Of a stretch of DNA of 52,835 bases, positions 19,283 to 29,764 are shown piece by piece (the first letter of the stretch is position 1; every line of letters starts with the position of its first letter). The notes under the pieces are model-generated. The model was not told the origin of the DNA. It saw only the letters and a list, made by a program, of their open reading frames with translations, and did no database searches. This stretch comes from an uncultured Bacillota bacterium (GTDB lineage Bacteria > Bacillota > DTU084): contig CALASN010000008.1 of the NCBI GenBank assembly GCA_937888735.1, forward strand, positions 1 through 52,835, read 5' to 3'. The translations under genes and the position numbers were made by a program.

Positions 19283-19315
19283 AAAAAAAGATCCAAGGCG
19301 CTACGCCTTGGATCT
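19283..19315 (-). terminator. Rho-independent terminator ending the kdgK operon
   Basis: AGATCCAAGGCG-3 nt-CGCCTTGGATCT stem followed by a T-run on the minus strand, just after the stop at 19330. Confidence 0.85.
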
Positions 19316-19329
19316 CAAATACCGGAAAT

Positions 19330-21558
19330 TTAGTCCAATCTAAACAACCTCGCGCTATCCGGCGCGACTTTCATCCCCTTGAATGCCACGCTCTGGCCGG
19401 CCGCCAAATCAAAACCTTTTTCCGCGGGAAGCTCGCTTCGGAGCGTCACAGTCTCTCCGGAGAAATTCGCCAAAAGCAGATATGTCCTCCCGTCTCTTCC
19501 CGCGATCCGCACGGCTTTAAAGAGAGGATTTTCAAATGTGATCCGCGCGCTGCCGCTTCGCGCGCGGCTTTGAGTCTCTTGGTGATTCGCGCCTGTCTGC
19601 AGCAGGACAGCCAAATCGTAGATCTCCTGACCAGGATCCAGAGATTGAAGTCCTAATTCCACCGGATAGCAGATCTCGTCGGCGAACAGCTGGCCGCCGG
19701 TATTGGAATTATCCACATTGACGAAATCTGGATGCGGCGCCAGGCCAATCTGCCTTCTGCCGGGCCTGTAAATGAAAAAAGAGGAAACGCCGTAGAGTCC
19801 GATCAGAGCCAACTTGTCTTCAATATTAAGCCAGCTGCTTTCGAGGTTCAATACCTCCTTAGCGCTGCCGAACCCTCGCAGCTCCAGCTTCCCTTGCCGG
19901 GCAAAATAGGTGCGCCTGTTCCCATTGTAGATGTCATTGGGGATTTGCAGAAACACTCCCTTGCAAGATGAGACATAAACTCTGGCGTCCGGCACAACAG
20001 CCCTTTGCAGAACGATGACCGTGGCATCATCAGGCAGCGCGGCAAAGACCAGCTGCCCTTTGGCTACGCTGGTTCCAGCCTGGCGCTCGGCGCTCATCCG
20101 CAGAGACTGAAACTCGGTCCTGCCCCAGGTCAGGAAACCGCCAGGGAACGATTTTTCCCGGTGGCAGACAACATCCTGCTGATTGAGGGCGCCCAGGCCC
20201 AAGATTTCGCCTGTCAGATTATAGCGCCACTCTGCAAAGTCGCTGTCCTGGGTCGGCAGACACAGACCCTGAGGCGGCTGGGCCGCCTCCCAGACAAAGG
20301 AAACGATTCTTTCTTTCCCTCTCTCAAGACAGGCGCCGTGATAATCATCGGACCAGGAAAAAACGTGCGGACTTGGCTGCTTCTCTTCTGAGGGCAGTGA
20401 AAAGACTCTGCGCCAATAGGCGCCCATGGAGATAGTGGCAGCACGATCCGATTCCAGCCTGGTATAATAAAGGGGAGAAGTTAGGCTCATTTCCGTTACC
20501 CGCTGAGAGAGAAAACTGCCGTCGCCATTGGCCTGCAGTTCCCGCTGGATCTGAGCCAGCCAGCTGGCTTCAAAGGAAACGGCTGCCGGGTCATGCTTCA
20601 GATCCGCCAGCAAAAGCCAAGCCGGAATCGCGTAATCTTGGCAATAGCAATAGCGGGCCCTGGTATCGCCGCCGATGCGCAGGAGCCTGCCGTCGGGGAA
20701 AGTGCAGTTCTTCACAAGCTCCCAGAGCTCCTCCAAATGATGATAGAGAGCCTGAGGCGGCTTGAGCCCTCTTTTTTTGTAGAAAAAGTGCAGCATGGCA
20801 GCATTGGAAAGGCAAATCACCATGTAGCCGACATTGAGGTAGCCGTGGTGATTGAGGGCAAAAGAAGGAAAGAAATTAGCCCCCAGGAATCTCTCAGCCA
20901 CAGGCTTCCCGTCCACAATATTCTGTGAAAATTCATCGTCCGGTACGGAGATGGCGTTAAGCAAAAAGCGCAGTCCCTTTTCCACGTACCGTTCTTTACG
21001 CGACGCATCAGGATACATGGCTGCAGTGCGCAGAAGGGTGGAGCCGTTCCAGAGGTTGCTTTCCGGCCTATTGATTCCTTCGCAGTTGTACAGACCAGCT
21101 TCGATCTTGTAATGATCCAGCAGCCAATCGCACTCCGAGAGCAGCACCTTCCGCAATTGCTCCCGATCTTGGGGCGTCAGGTAACTTTCGATGGCGTCCA
21201 CGCCGTGCATCATCCGCTCGATCCCCAAGGTGCTGATCCAGGTGTGGCCCCATTTGGTCCCGTCCATGCAGTGATAGCTGCCCTCAATGTGACTTTCCAA
21301 GGAAAAGCGGAGAATTCTCAGCGCATAATCCTGCACCCGCTTCTGAGAAATACCCGCCCGCTTCTCGGAGAAATCCGGATCCGCGGCTAAAACAGCCAGG
21401 GCGGCGAAGCCTTTTTGATTGGTCTGCGCTCCCCAGTTATTATAGCCCGTACCATAACACGCAAGTTCAGGCCGCTGGGGAACGGTGTAGATATATTTTT
21501 CCTGTGATTTAGCCCATGGTTCCAGACAACGTAAATATGCCTCATGACTGATCTTCAC
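19330..21558 (-). CDS. 742-aa hypothetical protein, possibly a carbohydrate-active (alpha/alpha)-toroid lyase-like enzyme
   Basis: Long ORF coupled to the operon; helical N-half and beta-rich C-half; motifs PESNLWN, HHGYLNVGY, GGDTRARYCYCQDY; the function is inference from context. Confidence 0.6.
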   Translation of the reverse strand: MKISHEAYLRCLEPWAKSQEKYIYTVPQRPELACYGTGYNNWGAQTNQKGFAALAVLAADPDFSEKRAGISQKRVQDYALRILRFSLESHIEGSYHCMDGTKWGHTWISTLGIERMMHGVDAIESYLTPQDREQLRKVLLSECDWLLDHYKIEAGLYNCEGINRPESNLWNGSTLLRTAAMYPDASRKERYVEKGLRFLLNAISVPDDEFSQNIVDGKPVAERFLGANFFPSFALNHHGYLNVGYMVICLSNAAMLHFFYKKRGLKPPQALYHHLEELWELVKNCTFPDGRLLRIGGDTRARYCYCQDYAIPAWLLLADLKHDPAAVSFEASWLAQIQRELQANGDGSFLSQRVTEMSLTSPLYYTRLESDRAATISMGAYWRRVFSLPSEEKQPSPHVFSWSDDYHGACLERGKERIVSFVWEAAQPPQGLCLPTQDSDFAEWRYNLTGEILGLGALNQQDVVCHREKSFPGGFLTWGRTEFQSLRMSAERQAGTSVAKGQLVFAALPDDATVIVLQRAVVPDARVYVSSCKGVFLQIPNDIYNGNRRTYFARQGKLELRGFGSAKEVLNLESSWLNIEDKLALIGLYGVSSFFIYRPGRRQIGLAPHPDFVNVDNSNTGGQLFADEICYPVELGLQSLDPGQEIYDLAVLLQTGANHQETQSRARSGSARITFENPLFKAVRIAGRDGRTYLLLANFSGETVTLRSELPAEKGFDLAAGQSVAFKGMKVAPDSARLFRLD

Positions 21559-21572
21559 GTTCAGCTTCCTTT

Positions 21573-22286
21573 CTACGCTTTTTCTTTTTCATAGTTGCCA
21601 AAAGTCGGTTTTGGTCCTCCACTGGGCGCCGCCCAGCAGACGGCGTTGCTGATTATCCTCTGGACGATGGGATCGTAATAGGTGGGGAAACTCTCATGGC
21701 CGGGCTGAAAATAAAAGATTTTTCCCAGTCCCCGGGTGAAGGTGCAGCCGCTGCGAAAGACTTCGCCCCCGGGAAACCAGCTAAGAAAGAGCACTTCGTC
21801 CGGAGCTGGAATAGCAAACGGCTCACCGTACATCTCTTCATGGGGCAACTCAAAGGATTCCGGCACCCCGCGGCAGATGGGATGACTTGGCTCTACCGCC
21901 CAGATCCGCTCTCGTTCTCCTGATTCCCGCCATTTCAGGCCGCAGCTGGCACCCAGAAGCCGCCTGAATACCTTCGCCTTTTGGCTGGAATGCAAAGCAA
22001 TGAAGCCCATCCCGGAGAGCACGCGCCTCTCGATCCGCTCTGCCACCACATCGCTCACCAGATGGTGAGCGATGTGAGACCACCAGAGCAAAACGTCCGT
22101 CTGGGCCAAAATCTCCTCTGAAAGCCCATGCTCCGGCTGCTCCAACGAAGCAAGCCGCACGCTGAAACCGTCTTCTACTAAGAACCCGGCCAGGGCGGCG
22201 TGGATGCCGTCAGGATAAACAGCCCTGACTTCTTTGTCCCGCCGCTCATGGATGAATTCATTCCAAACAGTGACCCGCAAAGCCAC
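21573..22286 (-). CDS. ThuA-domain (trehalose utilisation-like) protein
   Basis: RVTVWNEF.HE, YPDGIH, EHGL, DVLLWW.H, EEMYGE.F, YFQPGHE..PTY; GTG 22286 follows RBS GGGAGG. Confidence 0.9.
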   Translation of the reverse strand: MALRVTVWNEFIHERRDKEVRAVYPDGIHAALAGFLVEDGFSVRLASLEQPEHGLSEEILAQTDVLLWWSHIAHHLVSDVVAERIERRVLSGMGFIALHSSQKAKVFRRLLGASCGLKWRESGERERIWAVEPSHPICRGVPESFELPHEEMYGEPFAIPAPDEVLFLSWFPGGEVFRSGCTFTRGLGKIFYFQPGHESFPTYYDPIVQRIISNAVCWAAPSGGPKPTFGNYEKEKA

Positions 22287-22300
22287 AAAAAAGCCTCCCT

Positions 22301-23452
22301 TTATGCTAAAGCATGATCGGACTCGACATTTTGTCCGGACCACATTTTCTTCTGCGTCCAGTCTCTAGGCTCTCCCCGCCAAAATTCATCTTCGGGAGAA
22401 AGTCCTAGCGGAAGAAATACCGTCGTGCACAGGTACAGGCTTCCTGTGCTGATATAGTCCTCCGCCACATTGGGCTGACTTCCGCAAAAGCCGATTTTCA
22501 GCCAGCCTTCCTCATCAAAGTTGCCCGCAACCGCAAGCGTCCTTTTGATCACCGCGGTCAAGGCACACCTCACCTGCGAGGGATACACGCCGGGCGCCAG
22601 ATTATGCTGCAGTGCCATCTGAGCCAAATGCTGAAAGGCACCGAATCTGTAAGCAAGAGATCTGCCGATTGGCGGGAAAGTTCCATCAGGAGCTATGAGT
22701 CTCTCCTGAACTTCACCATATCTTCGTGCCCTGGCTAAGATCGCGGGCTTCAAGGCTTCCCATTCAGGAGCTTCATGTCCGACAGTCAAAACAAGATCTA
22801 CCAGCAGTGGCTGGATCACAAAACTGTTGTAATAATCCCAGTGAAATTCCGGTCCGTCGCCATAGACGCCGTCTCCCTTATACCATTGCTCATGCTGCCT
22901 GATCGCATAGTCCACCCGCATCCGGTCCCAAGCTTCCCCAGCTTTGTATAACAGCGTTTCAATCATGGCGCTGAAGAGCAGCCAGTTGCAAAAAGCAGGT
23001 TTCCTGTCCCTGGTTGCTTTCAGCTCTCTGATTACATTGCTCTTAACATGATCGTCCAGCTTATGCCACAGCTCGTTTGGCGCCCTGAGGATTGCCTGGC
23101 AGAAGAAAGCTGCATCAACAAGGGGCTGCTGACCGGATCTGAAGTTTACATAGTCCGGTGAATTGGGATCGGTGGCTGACGCTATGGCGGCTCTTGCCAG
23201 CTCGCAATACCGCTCTCTTTTCTGATCCTCTTCTTGATCCGGAGCGCGGCATCCCAGCCAAGGGGCAAGACCTGCCAGCGACCTTCCCAGAGCTTCCAGA
23301 TGAACATATTCGCTCCTGTCGGCGCCGAAGCCATTACCTGTTTCTATCGGCATAGCCGCTTTGAAGTTGCCTGCCGCAAAACCCTTCAAGACAGGCCGTA
23401 CGATCTTTGTCAGCGTCTCTACCCAGTATTTTCTGTCATCTGCAGCGATCAT
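22301..23452 (-). CDS. DUF2264 domain protein
   Basis: HLEALGRSLAGLAPW, QPLVDAAF, NWLLFSA, YKGDGVYGDG, GRSLAYRF, YISTGSLY; probable start ATG 23452. Confidence 0.85.
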   Translation of the reverse strand: MIAADDRKYWVETLTKIVRPVLKGFAAGNFKAAMPIETGNGFGADRSEYVHLEALGRSLAGLAPWLGCRAPDQEEDQKRERYCELARAAIASATDPNSPDYVNFRSGQQPLVDAAFFCQAILRAPNELWHKLDDHVKSNVIRELKATRDRKPAFCNWLLFSAMIETLLYKAGEAWDRMRVDYAIRQHEQWYKGDGVYGDGPEFHWDYYNSFVIQPLLVDLVLTVGHEAPEWEALKPAILARARRYGEVQERLIAPDGTFPPIGRSLAYRFGAFQHLAQMALQHNLAPGVYPSQVRCALTAVIKRTLAVAGNFDEEGWLKIGFCGSQPNVAEDYISTGSLYLCTTVFLPLGLSPEDEFWRGEPRDWTQKKMWSGQNVESDHALA

Positions 23453-25178
23453 GATCTTCCTCGCTGAAATCCGGGACAGCCAGAGCCAGGATGGATTCCC
23501 CGGCGACCACCCCCGGCCCTTCCGCCCAAAGCTCAGCCATGCTACCGGCATGGCTGTTCGCCTGCAGCTGTAATGTTTCTTCGCCGGTCTGCCACCTTAT
23601 AGCCAGCTGGGGAGAGCTTTGGAGCTGAACCGGCTCAAGCCGCCCTTGGCCTGCCTGATGCAGTTGCAGGGCAAAGACAGCGTAGGCGCAGAGAGCTCTG
23701 AAATTCAGCTTTCTCGCCTCTCCCCGGTAGAAGACCAGATCCAGCCACGCGTGCTGCTGATCCTTGCCAGTTTCTAGGCTTACGGGCAGCTCGCCAAACC
23801 GGGCCTGGGCGATCCCAAGCTCCAGCTCCACCTCTCCCAGCTGGAAGGCGGCAAACTCGCCTGCCTTTACTGTCTGTGGCAGCTTGATCCCGGGATCAGA
23901 AAACTCGAAGCGCAGCCTGAAATCCCGCGCCGTAATTGTCCCTTGCCGCACCATGTCCAAATTGGGGTGAGCATCGCCGCCGTCTGTGGCGAAATTAACA
24001 ACGCCAAGCACGCTGCCCCCGCTCTGCACGCTATGGAGCACAGCGGAGCAGTAATCGTAACCGTCGTGCAGCGCGCGCAGCTGCAGATAAGCCGGCCCCT
24101 GGGAACCTTGCCAGTGCGCCACAAGACCCCGGGTCTGATTCCAGAGCGTAGCTTTGGCGAAAGTCCCTAGAGCGAATTTCTCCTCCAGACACGTGGTGGC
24201 CACTTGCCTCTCCTGCCTGCTGACCAGCACCCTTTCCGTGCGCGGTGCGCCCAGAGCCTGAAAATAAGTCACCAGCTCTCTGGGACAGCTCCAATCCACC
24301 CTGGGGCAAGACAAATCCAGCGTCGGCTCTTCGACAAAAGGAATCCCAGTGGCCAGCTGCAGCCGAGAACAGAATCCCGCGCTTTGGATGTTGCCGTAAG
24401 CGCGGCTGTACGGTCCGGCCCATTGCTGTGTGGGCGCATGGAAGTGTTTGGCCACAATGAGCCACGCTAGCTTGTAAAGGCTTTCTATGCGTCTGCGGCT
24501 GGCCTGATCCCGGACGTAATTGCGCAGGCGCGCCAACTCGTCCAGCGCCACCATGGTATAGGTGGGGCTGTTATATTCCGCGAAGGAACCGGCAGCTTGA
24601 GTCTGCTGCCAGACGCGTGCAAGACACTTCCGGCCATAATTGAAATAACGCTTCTCGCCGAAGAATTCTCCGGCCACTAAAGTTACAAAAGAGCCCATCA
24701 GCGCGATATTGGTATAATTGGGGGAAACATCGCGCCTGAGGATAGAATCGGCAGCGCGAAAAATGGAGCCTTGGATCTTCTCCAGCTTCTCGGGCGAAAG
24801 AACTCCCGCATGCTCCAAGAAAATCGCCAAGAGCTCCTGGCCGCAGAAATCTGCCCAGTTCCAATCGGGAGGGGACATTTTCTCCAAAGGTTCTTCGTAA
24901 AACCAAGACCACAATCCGTACGTATCGTGCTCGGTGTCAGCATCCTGCAGGGAAATCACCTTGCCGATTACGCTCTCCGCCCGGCTCACGTCTCCATGAT
25001 CCAACAGCGCCAAAGCATAGACTAAGGAATCCCGCGTGGGATGGACAAAACCTTCTTTGAGGGTCGTGTGATATCCAGGCGAGGAAAACGGCTTGCGGAT
25101 CATTTGTACGGCCGGGTCGTAATCCTGATCCCACCTGGATAAAGCTCGCAAAAAGGCTTGTTGATATTTTGCCGGCAT
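23436..25178 (-). CDS. 580-aa hypothetical protein, lyase-like helical domain plus beta domain
   Basis: Operon-coupled ORF; motifs PPDWNWADF, YTNIALMG, EYNSPTY, WAGPYSRAY. Confidence 0.6.
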   Translation of the reverse strand: MPAKYQQAFLRALSRWDQDYDPAVQMIRKPFSSPGYHTTLKEGFVHPTRDSLVYALALLDHGDVSRAESVIGKVISLQDADTEHDTYGLWSWFYEEPLEKMSPPDWNWADFCGQELLAIFLEHAGVLSPEKLEKIQGSIFRAADSILRRDVSPNYTNIALMGSFVTLVAGEFFGEKRYFNYGRKCLARVWQQTQAAGSFAEYNSPTYTMVALDELARLRNYVRDQASRRRIESLYKLAWLIVAKHFHAPTQQWAGPYSRAYGNIQSAGFCSRLQLATGIPFVEEPTLDLSCPRVDWSCPRELVTYFQALGAPRTERVLVSRQERQVATTCLEEKFALGTFAKATLWNQTRGLVAHWQGSQGPAYLQLRALHDGYDYCSAVLHSVQSGGSVLGVVNFATDGGDAHPNLDMVRQGTITARDFRLRFEFSDPGIKLPQTVKAGEFAAFQLGEVELELGIAQARFGELPVSLETGKDQQHAWLDLVFYRGEARKLNFRALCAYAVFALQLHQAGQGRLEPVQLQSSPQLAIRWQTGEETLQLQANSHAGSMAELWAEGPGVVAGESILALAVPDFSEEDHDRCR

Positions 25179-25193
25179 CTCGCTGTCAACTCC

Positions 25194-27017
25194 TTATAAC
25201 GGTTCAACCTTCAAACTGCAGCTTCCGGTGTCTTTAACTTCTCCTGCCAGCTGCAGCCGATAGATTTTCTCTCCCCAGTCCAGAGCCAACTTTTTGTCTG
25301 TCATAGCGATCTCTTCCATGGTCGTGGTCAGCTCAGTCCCCGAAAAAATAAGCCTAACCAGCCTGGCGCCTGAAAGGAGGACACAACTCGGGCTCTCTAT
25401 TGTGGGAACCAAGGGCGTCAGGTAATTAAAGCACACATTATTCTACGGCCGTTTCAACTGAAAATCATCAACTATCTCCATGAACGCCTAGGTCCGGCAG
25501 AGCGCGATTCTTCGCTGCCAGCGGGCGACGCCCGCCGCTTGCGGATAGGCGTCCTCCAGCTGTAAGGACAGCTCCGCTCTGTCTTCCGAGGCCTGATAAT
25601 GTACGCCAATGGCTTTGAAATTCCTGCCCGCTTCTTGCAGACAGCCGTTCACAGTGGGCAGATTATGATAGGCGGACTGCATGGTCCAAAGCGCATAGCG
25701 GTTAGAACCAAAGGTCTTTGAGGTATACTCTTCCACTCCCGGATCGATTAACACAGGCTCGCCATCCAAGTAGAGCAGAAACTGGCCCACATCATTATGA
25801 TTATGGCTTTCGGCATTGTGCCCGCCTTTGGCAGCCAAGTACAATCCCGCGCTAGCGCCAGGCTTTTCCCTGGCTGCCATCACCTGCAGGTCCGGCAGCC
25901 ACACATCACCAAAATAGGGCGGAACCGACTGAGACTCTTCCAACTGCGAAAAAGAAAACAGAGCGCGTAATTGTCTCAACAGGCAAGGACTGTCAGGACC
26001 CTCTGCTTCCCGTGACTGCTTGCCCCAAGCGCCCGCAGCGCCGCGTCACCTGTCTTGGCACCGTATGCCCACAGGAGCGCGGCATCTACAGCGAGCCGCG
26101 GCTTAGCGTCGGCAAAATTGACAAAATAATCGCCGGCAATGTGGACCCTGGGCAAGTAGCTGCCGATCTCCCTGAGCAGCGGCTTGTGAAACAGATCTAT
26201 CTTCTCGGCTGTGACGCCCCAAAGCAGCTCCAGACAATCGAAGAGGCTGCCGCCAGCCACGAACCAATAACCCGGTCCCTCGTCGCAGCCGCCGTCCGGC
26301 CCATAGGAGGCCAAAAACCGCTCCAAGCTCCGGAGGATCTTGGCCACGCCCTGAAGGCGTCTTGTTTGATCTTTTTCCAGCAGCAAAAACGTGGCTAAAC
26401 AGTTGCTGTTACACCAGGGATTCCAATTGTTCACCCGCTCAGCGTGGGAAAGCCCCTGCCAGCCGTAATCATCATGCACAAGGTAAGGGGTGAGAATCCG
26501 CCTTTGGATCTCGCCCTCAATCCGCCGCAAGAGCATGGGCTCCATCCTGGCTGCAGCAAATAATAAATCCAGGCCAGGAGCCCCGCAGTCTCGCCTGCAA
26601 ACAAGTCAATATACGGCTCCTCCACGTCGGGAAGGGCTGAATCACTGGGATTATGAGCTGGCAAGCCCCAAAATGATTCCTCGCACAGCAGCCAGATGCC
26701 TTCTGCGATTCTATCCAGGAAACGACCCCTAGCTTCCACACATTCCGCCAGAGCCAGCTTTCCCAAAATCCTGCGTCTGGCAAAATGCTGTTCTTCAAAG
26801 CGTCTGCGATTGCCTGTGCGGCTGTAATCCATAAAGAGCGTGGCCGGAAGCTCCGGCCAACCGCACGCAAGGCAAGCCTCGCCGTCTGAAATTTTCTCCG
26901 CGCGCAGCTTCTCTGGGAGTTCCTCCCACGCGGCGCGCTGGTCTATTGAAGCATAAGGACGATATTGCCCTGAGGCAATAAACTTTTCTGTAGAATAGCG
27001 GCATATTCAACCAGCAT
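25194..27017 (-). pseudogene. Heparinase II/III-like (oligosaccharide lyase-type) pseudogene
   Basis: Fragments carry DYSRTGNR, CEESFWGLPAH, IDLFAGET, NNWNPWCNSN, DEGPGYW and KGGHNAESHNHNDVG. Frameshifts near 26968, 26550 and 25980; in-frame TAG at 25488-25490 and 25443-25445. Confidence 0.85.
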
Positions 27018-27039
27018 CTACAATCAATCCTCTCTTCAC

Positions 27040-28131
27040 TTATAATTGGGGTCTGAGCACAGCTTTGATGATCTGGCGCTTCTCCATGGCCAAAAGCGCC
27101 TGGTCGGCAGCAGCCAGCGGGTATTCGGTTACCATCTGCTTTATTATCTGGGGCTGTTTGTTCACGATGGCCATGGCCTGGGCGAGATGGGAAGCGTCGC
27201 TGGTCCAGACGCCCTGGAGGCGAATCTGTCGTCTGGCCAGCAGATAGCAATCAAGCTCTAAACCCCCCGCGGGATCTCCGAAGCCGGCCACAAGATAAGT
27301 TCCTCCAACTCGCAGGAGTTCTAGCCCCTCTGCCACGGCATTGGGCCTGCCCGTTCCTTCCACCACAGCGTCAACGCCGGCAAAGTCCCCCAGTATGATC
27401 TGACGCCTTTCGTCCACTGTGGTCTGCCTGTGATCGAAGACCTGTTCCGCGCCCAATTTTTTGGCCAGTTCCAGCCGTCTTTGGCCGCTGCCGATGAGAA
27501 GCACCCGGGCACCGCGGCCGGCAGCCAATGCCACAGCGAACAGGCCCAAGGGTCCTGAACCTTGCACCAGCACTGTCTGGCCCGGACGTATTGTCACCAA
27601 GTCCAAAGCGTGGGCGGCTGTGGCTCCGCTGCAGCTGGCCACAACTATGGCTGCCAAATCCACATCTGCCTGAAGTTTAAAAAACTCCGTCTCCTGGCGC
27701 AGCAGAATGTGCGTGGCGTATCCACCCTGCAAAAGGCCTTTCTCTTTGGGCGGGTTGATCCCATACGTCCAGCGGCTCTGGCAGAGAGCCGGCTGTTTCC
27801 AGAGCACGCAAGCTTGGCAGGCGCCGCAGGACAGGGCGCGGTTCCACAGCACCAAATCACCCTCCGTCAGAGGCGCGCCCAAAAGATCGCGCTTCTGGCA
27901 GGGCAAGGAGATAATCCGCCCAACTGCCTCGTGTCCTAAAACCAGCGGCGGAACCGCCCTGGGATCGCGGCCGCGCCACATATGCAGATCCGAACCGCAG
28001 ACGCCGGCGGCCAGAATCTCAACCACAATTGCGTCCGGGGGAAGTTCCACTTCCAATTCCCTCAGCCGTAGCGGCGCGTCATATTCCTCCAGCACCATGG
28101 CTCGAGCTTTTAAGCGTGACAATTCCATCAT
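27040..28131 (-). CDS. Zinc-dependent alcohol dehydrogenase (MDR family)
   Basis: GVCGSD, LGHEAVG, structural zinc CGACQAC...C, QGSGPLG. Confidence 0.92.
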   Translation of the reverse strand: MMELSRLKARAMVLEEYDAPLRLRELEVELPPDAIVVEILAAGVCGSDLHMWRGRDPRAVPPLVLGHEAVGRIISLPCQKRDLLGAPLTEGDLVLWNRALSCGACQACVLWKQPALCQSRWTYGINPPKEKGLLQGGYATHILLRQETEFFKLQADVDLAAIVVASCSGATAAHALDLVTIRPGQTVLVQGSGPLGLFAVALAAGRGARVLLIGSGQRRLELAKKLGAEQVFDHRQTTVDERRQIILGDFAGVDAVVEGTGRPNAVAEGLELLRVGGTYLVAGFGDPAGGLELDCYLLARRQIRLQGVWTSDASHLAQAMAIVNKQPQIIKQMVTEYPLAAADQALLAMEKRQIIKAVLRPQL

Positions 28132-29141
28132 TCCTCTACGTTCTCTATCTTCCCAGTTTCAGCTGACCTGTACACAGCCTCCACGATCCGCAGGTCCCGC
28201 AGCCCAACCTCGCCTGGAATTGGCGCGGGTCCGCCGGAGAGCATTGCTTGCACAAAGGCCTTATGCTGTTCGGTGGGACTGCTCTGAGGTCTGGGACAAT
28301 CCAGATTTGCCGCAACATTTGCCTGACACTGCAGATGCTCCCCTTGGTATGACTGGTCTAGCTGCAATTCCACAACCCGCTCCTTGGTGATCCTGACGTA
28401 GCCCCGAGTGCCGTAGATCTCAAGCAAGTTAGGATCAGCTGCGTAAGAAGAATCCAACACTCCCAAAATGCCGCTTTTCAGTTCACAAATCGCTGTGGTA
28501 ACATCGTCTCCTCCCACATTAGGACAATAGAGGTTTTTGCTGAAAGCTCCGACCCGCGCCACAGAGTCATCTAAAAGCCACAGCGCCATATTCAGCGGAT
28601 GGATTGCCAGCTGAATGAAACTGCCGCCCCCGGTCTTCTTGCCGGAACCTCGCCAGGTGCCAGGGGGCAAATTCAGCCCTCCGCGGTGAGCGCCGCGGGT
28701 GCGGATCTGAGAGATTTTCCCAAAAAGGCCTGCCTGCAGCATTTTTTTCAACTCATAATACATTGGGTTGTCAAAAAACCACATGTAAATTCCCAATTCC
28801 CGCTTGGCCTCACGCCCCGCGCGGATCATCGCCTCCGCTTCGGCAGCAGTTGGGGCCATGGGCTTCTGCACCAGCACATGCTTGCCCGCCTCAAAGGCCG
28901 TGATCGTCTGGTCGCGATGAAGGTTGTTGGGAGTTGACACATCCACCATCTCAATATCCGGCGCCAGGGCCAGGGAAAAATCTGTGCCCCACCTGTCAAC
29001 GCCCAATTCCTGAGCACAGCCGCGAGCCACCTCTTCGTTTGCGTCAACCACTGCGGCAAGCTCGGCTCCCGGAATCTGGGTATAGATGGCGCGATAATTT
29101 TGGGCCATCCCGCCGCAACCTACTAAAGCTATCTTAAACAC
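28128..29141 (-). CDS. Gfo/Idh/MocA-family oxidoreductase
   Basis: KIALVGCGGM, STPNNLH, KHVLVQKPM, GGGSFIQLAIH. Confidence 0.9.
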   Translation of the reverse strand: MFKIALVGCGGMAQNYRAIYTQIPGAELAAVVDANEEVARGCAQELGVDRWGTDFSLALAPDIEMVDVSTPNNLHRDQTITAFEAGKHVLVQKPMAPTAAEAEAMIRAGREAKRELGIYMWFFDNPMYYELKKMLQAGLFGKISQIRTRGAHRGGLNLPPGTWRGSGKKTGGGSFIQLAIHPLNMALWLLDDSVARVGAFSKNLYCPNVGGDDVTTAICELKSGILGVLDSSYAADPNLLEIYGTRGYVRITKERVVELQLDQSYQGEHLQCQANVAANLDCPRPQSSPTEQHKAFVQAMLSGGPAPIPGEVGLRDLRIVEAVYRSAETGKIENVEE

Positions 29142-29159
29142 TGCCGCTCCTCCCTTGTT

Positions 29160-29761
29160 TTAATGTATTAGCAGACACATCTGTCCAAACAACTGAAGTG
29201 CCTTACAGTCCGTCGCAAAGGCCGGATGCGGACGATACTTGCTGTCCGCCATCCGACTTTGGGCAATTTGCCTCATCTGACAAAGCACAGGCCAAGCGGC
29301 CCACTGCGCATGTATCCCGGGCTTTGCGGGCCCTGGATAATCTTCCCGCACTGCAAAGCCTCCGCAACCGTTTAATCTCCTCCGGCAATAAAGTCTCCAG
29401 CGGAGCTTCCGCGGAAGTATAAAGCCGCAAATTATCGTAATCCCGGACGATGGCGCCAAAGCGGCTTCCGTAGCGGTCCCCGTCCAGCGCAAAATAGCAA
29501 AGTTTCGCCCCGCGGGGATCCTTGCAGATGGTAGGGGACCTCTCCGAGCTTTGCACGCAGCTTGTTTGCACATCAACTGCCAAAATAGACCAGTCGCTGG
29601 CGCCTTTTACCGCCAAATGCAATCGGTCGCCTTGGTAAAAAGCGGGCTCCCAGCCTTCCAGCTTTGCAACCGGACGCGCATCCGTTGGCTGGGACCGCAT
29701 GGGGATAACGATCTCAGCGGTCCCGAAAAATAAGCTCTGCAGGAAGTTCACTATGCAGCAT
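29160..29761 (-). pseudogene. Probable degraded gene of unknown function inside the operon
   Basis: 600-bp gap between tightly coupled genes; ATG at 29761 lies 4 nt after the upstream stop but closes quickly; overlapping protein-like frames 29203-29838 and 29160-29576. Confidence 0.35.
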
Positions 29762-29764
29762 GGC

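Noticed and set aside
25443-25490. Two in-frame TAG codons suggesting pyrrolysine or stop-codon recoding
   Set aside because: The same gene also has three frameshifts, other pseudogenes carry TAA and TGA stops, and TAG ends intact genes in the window
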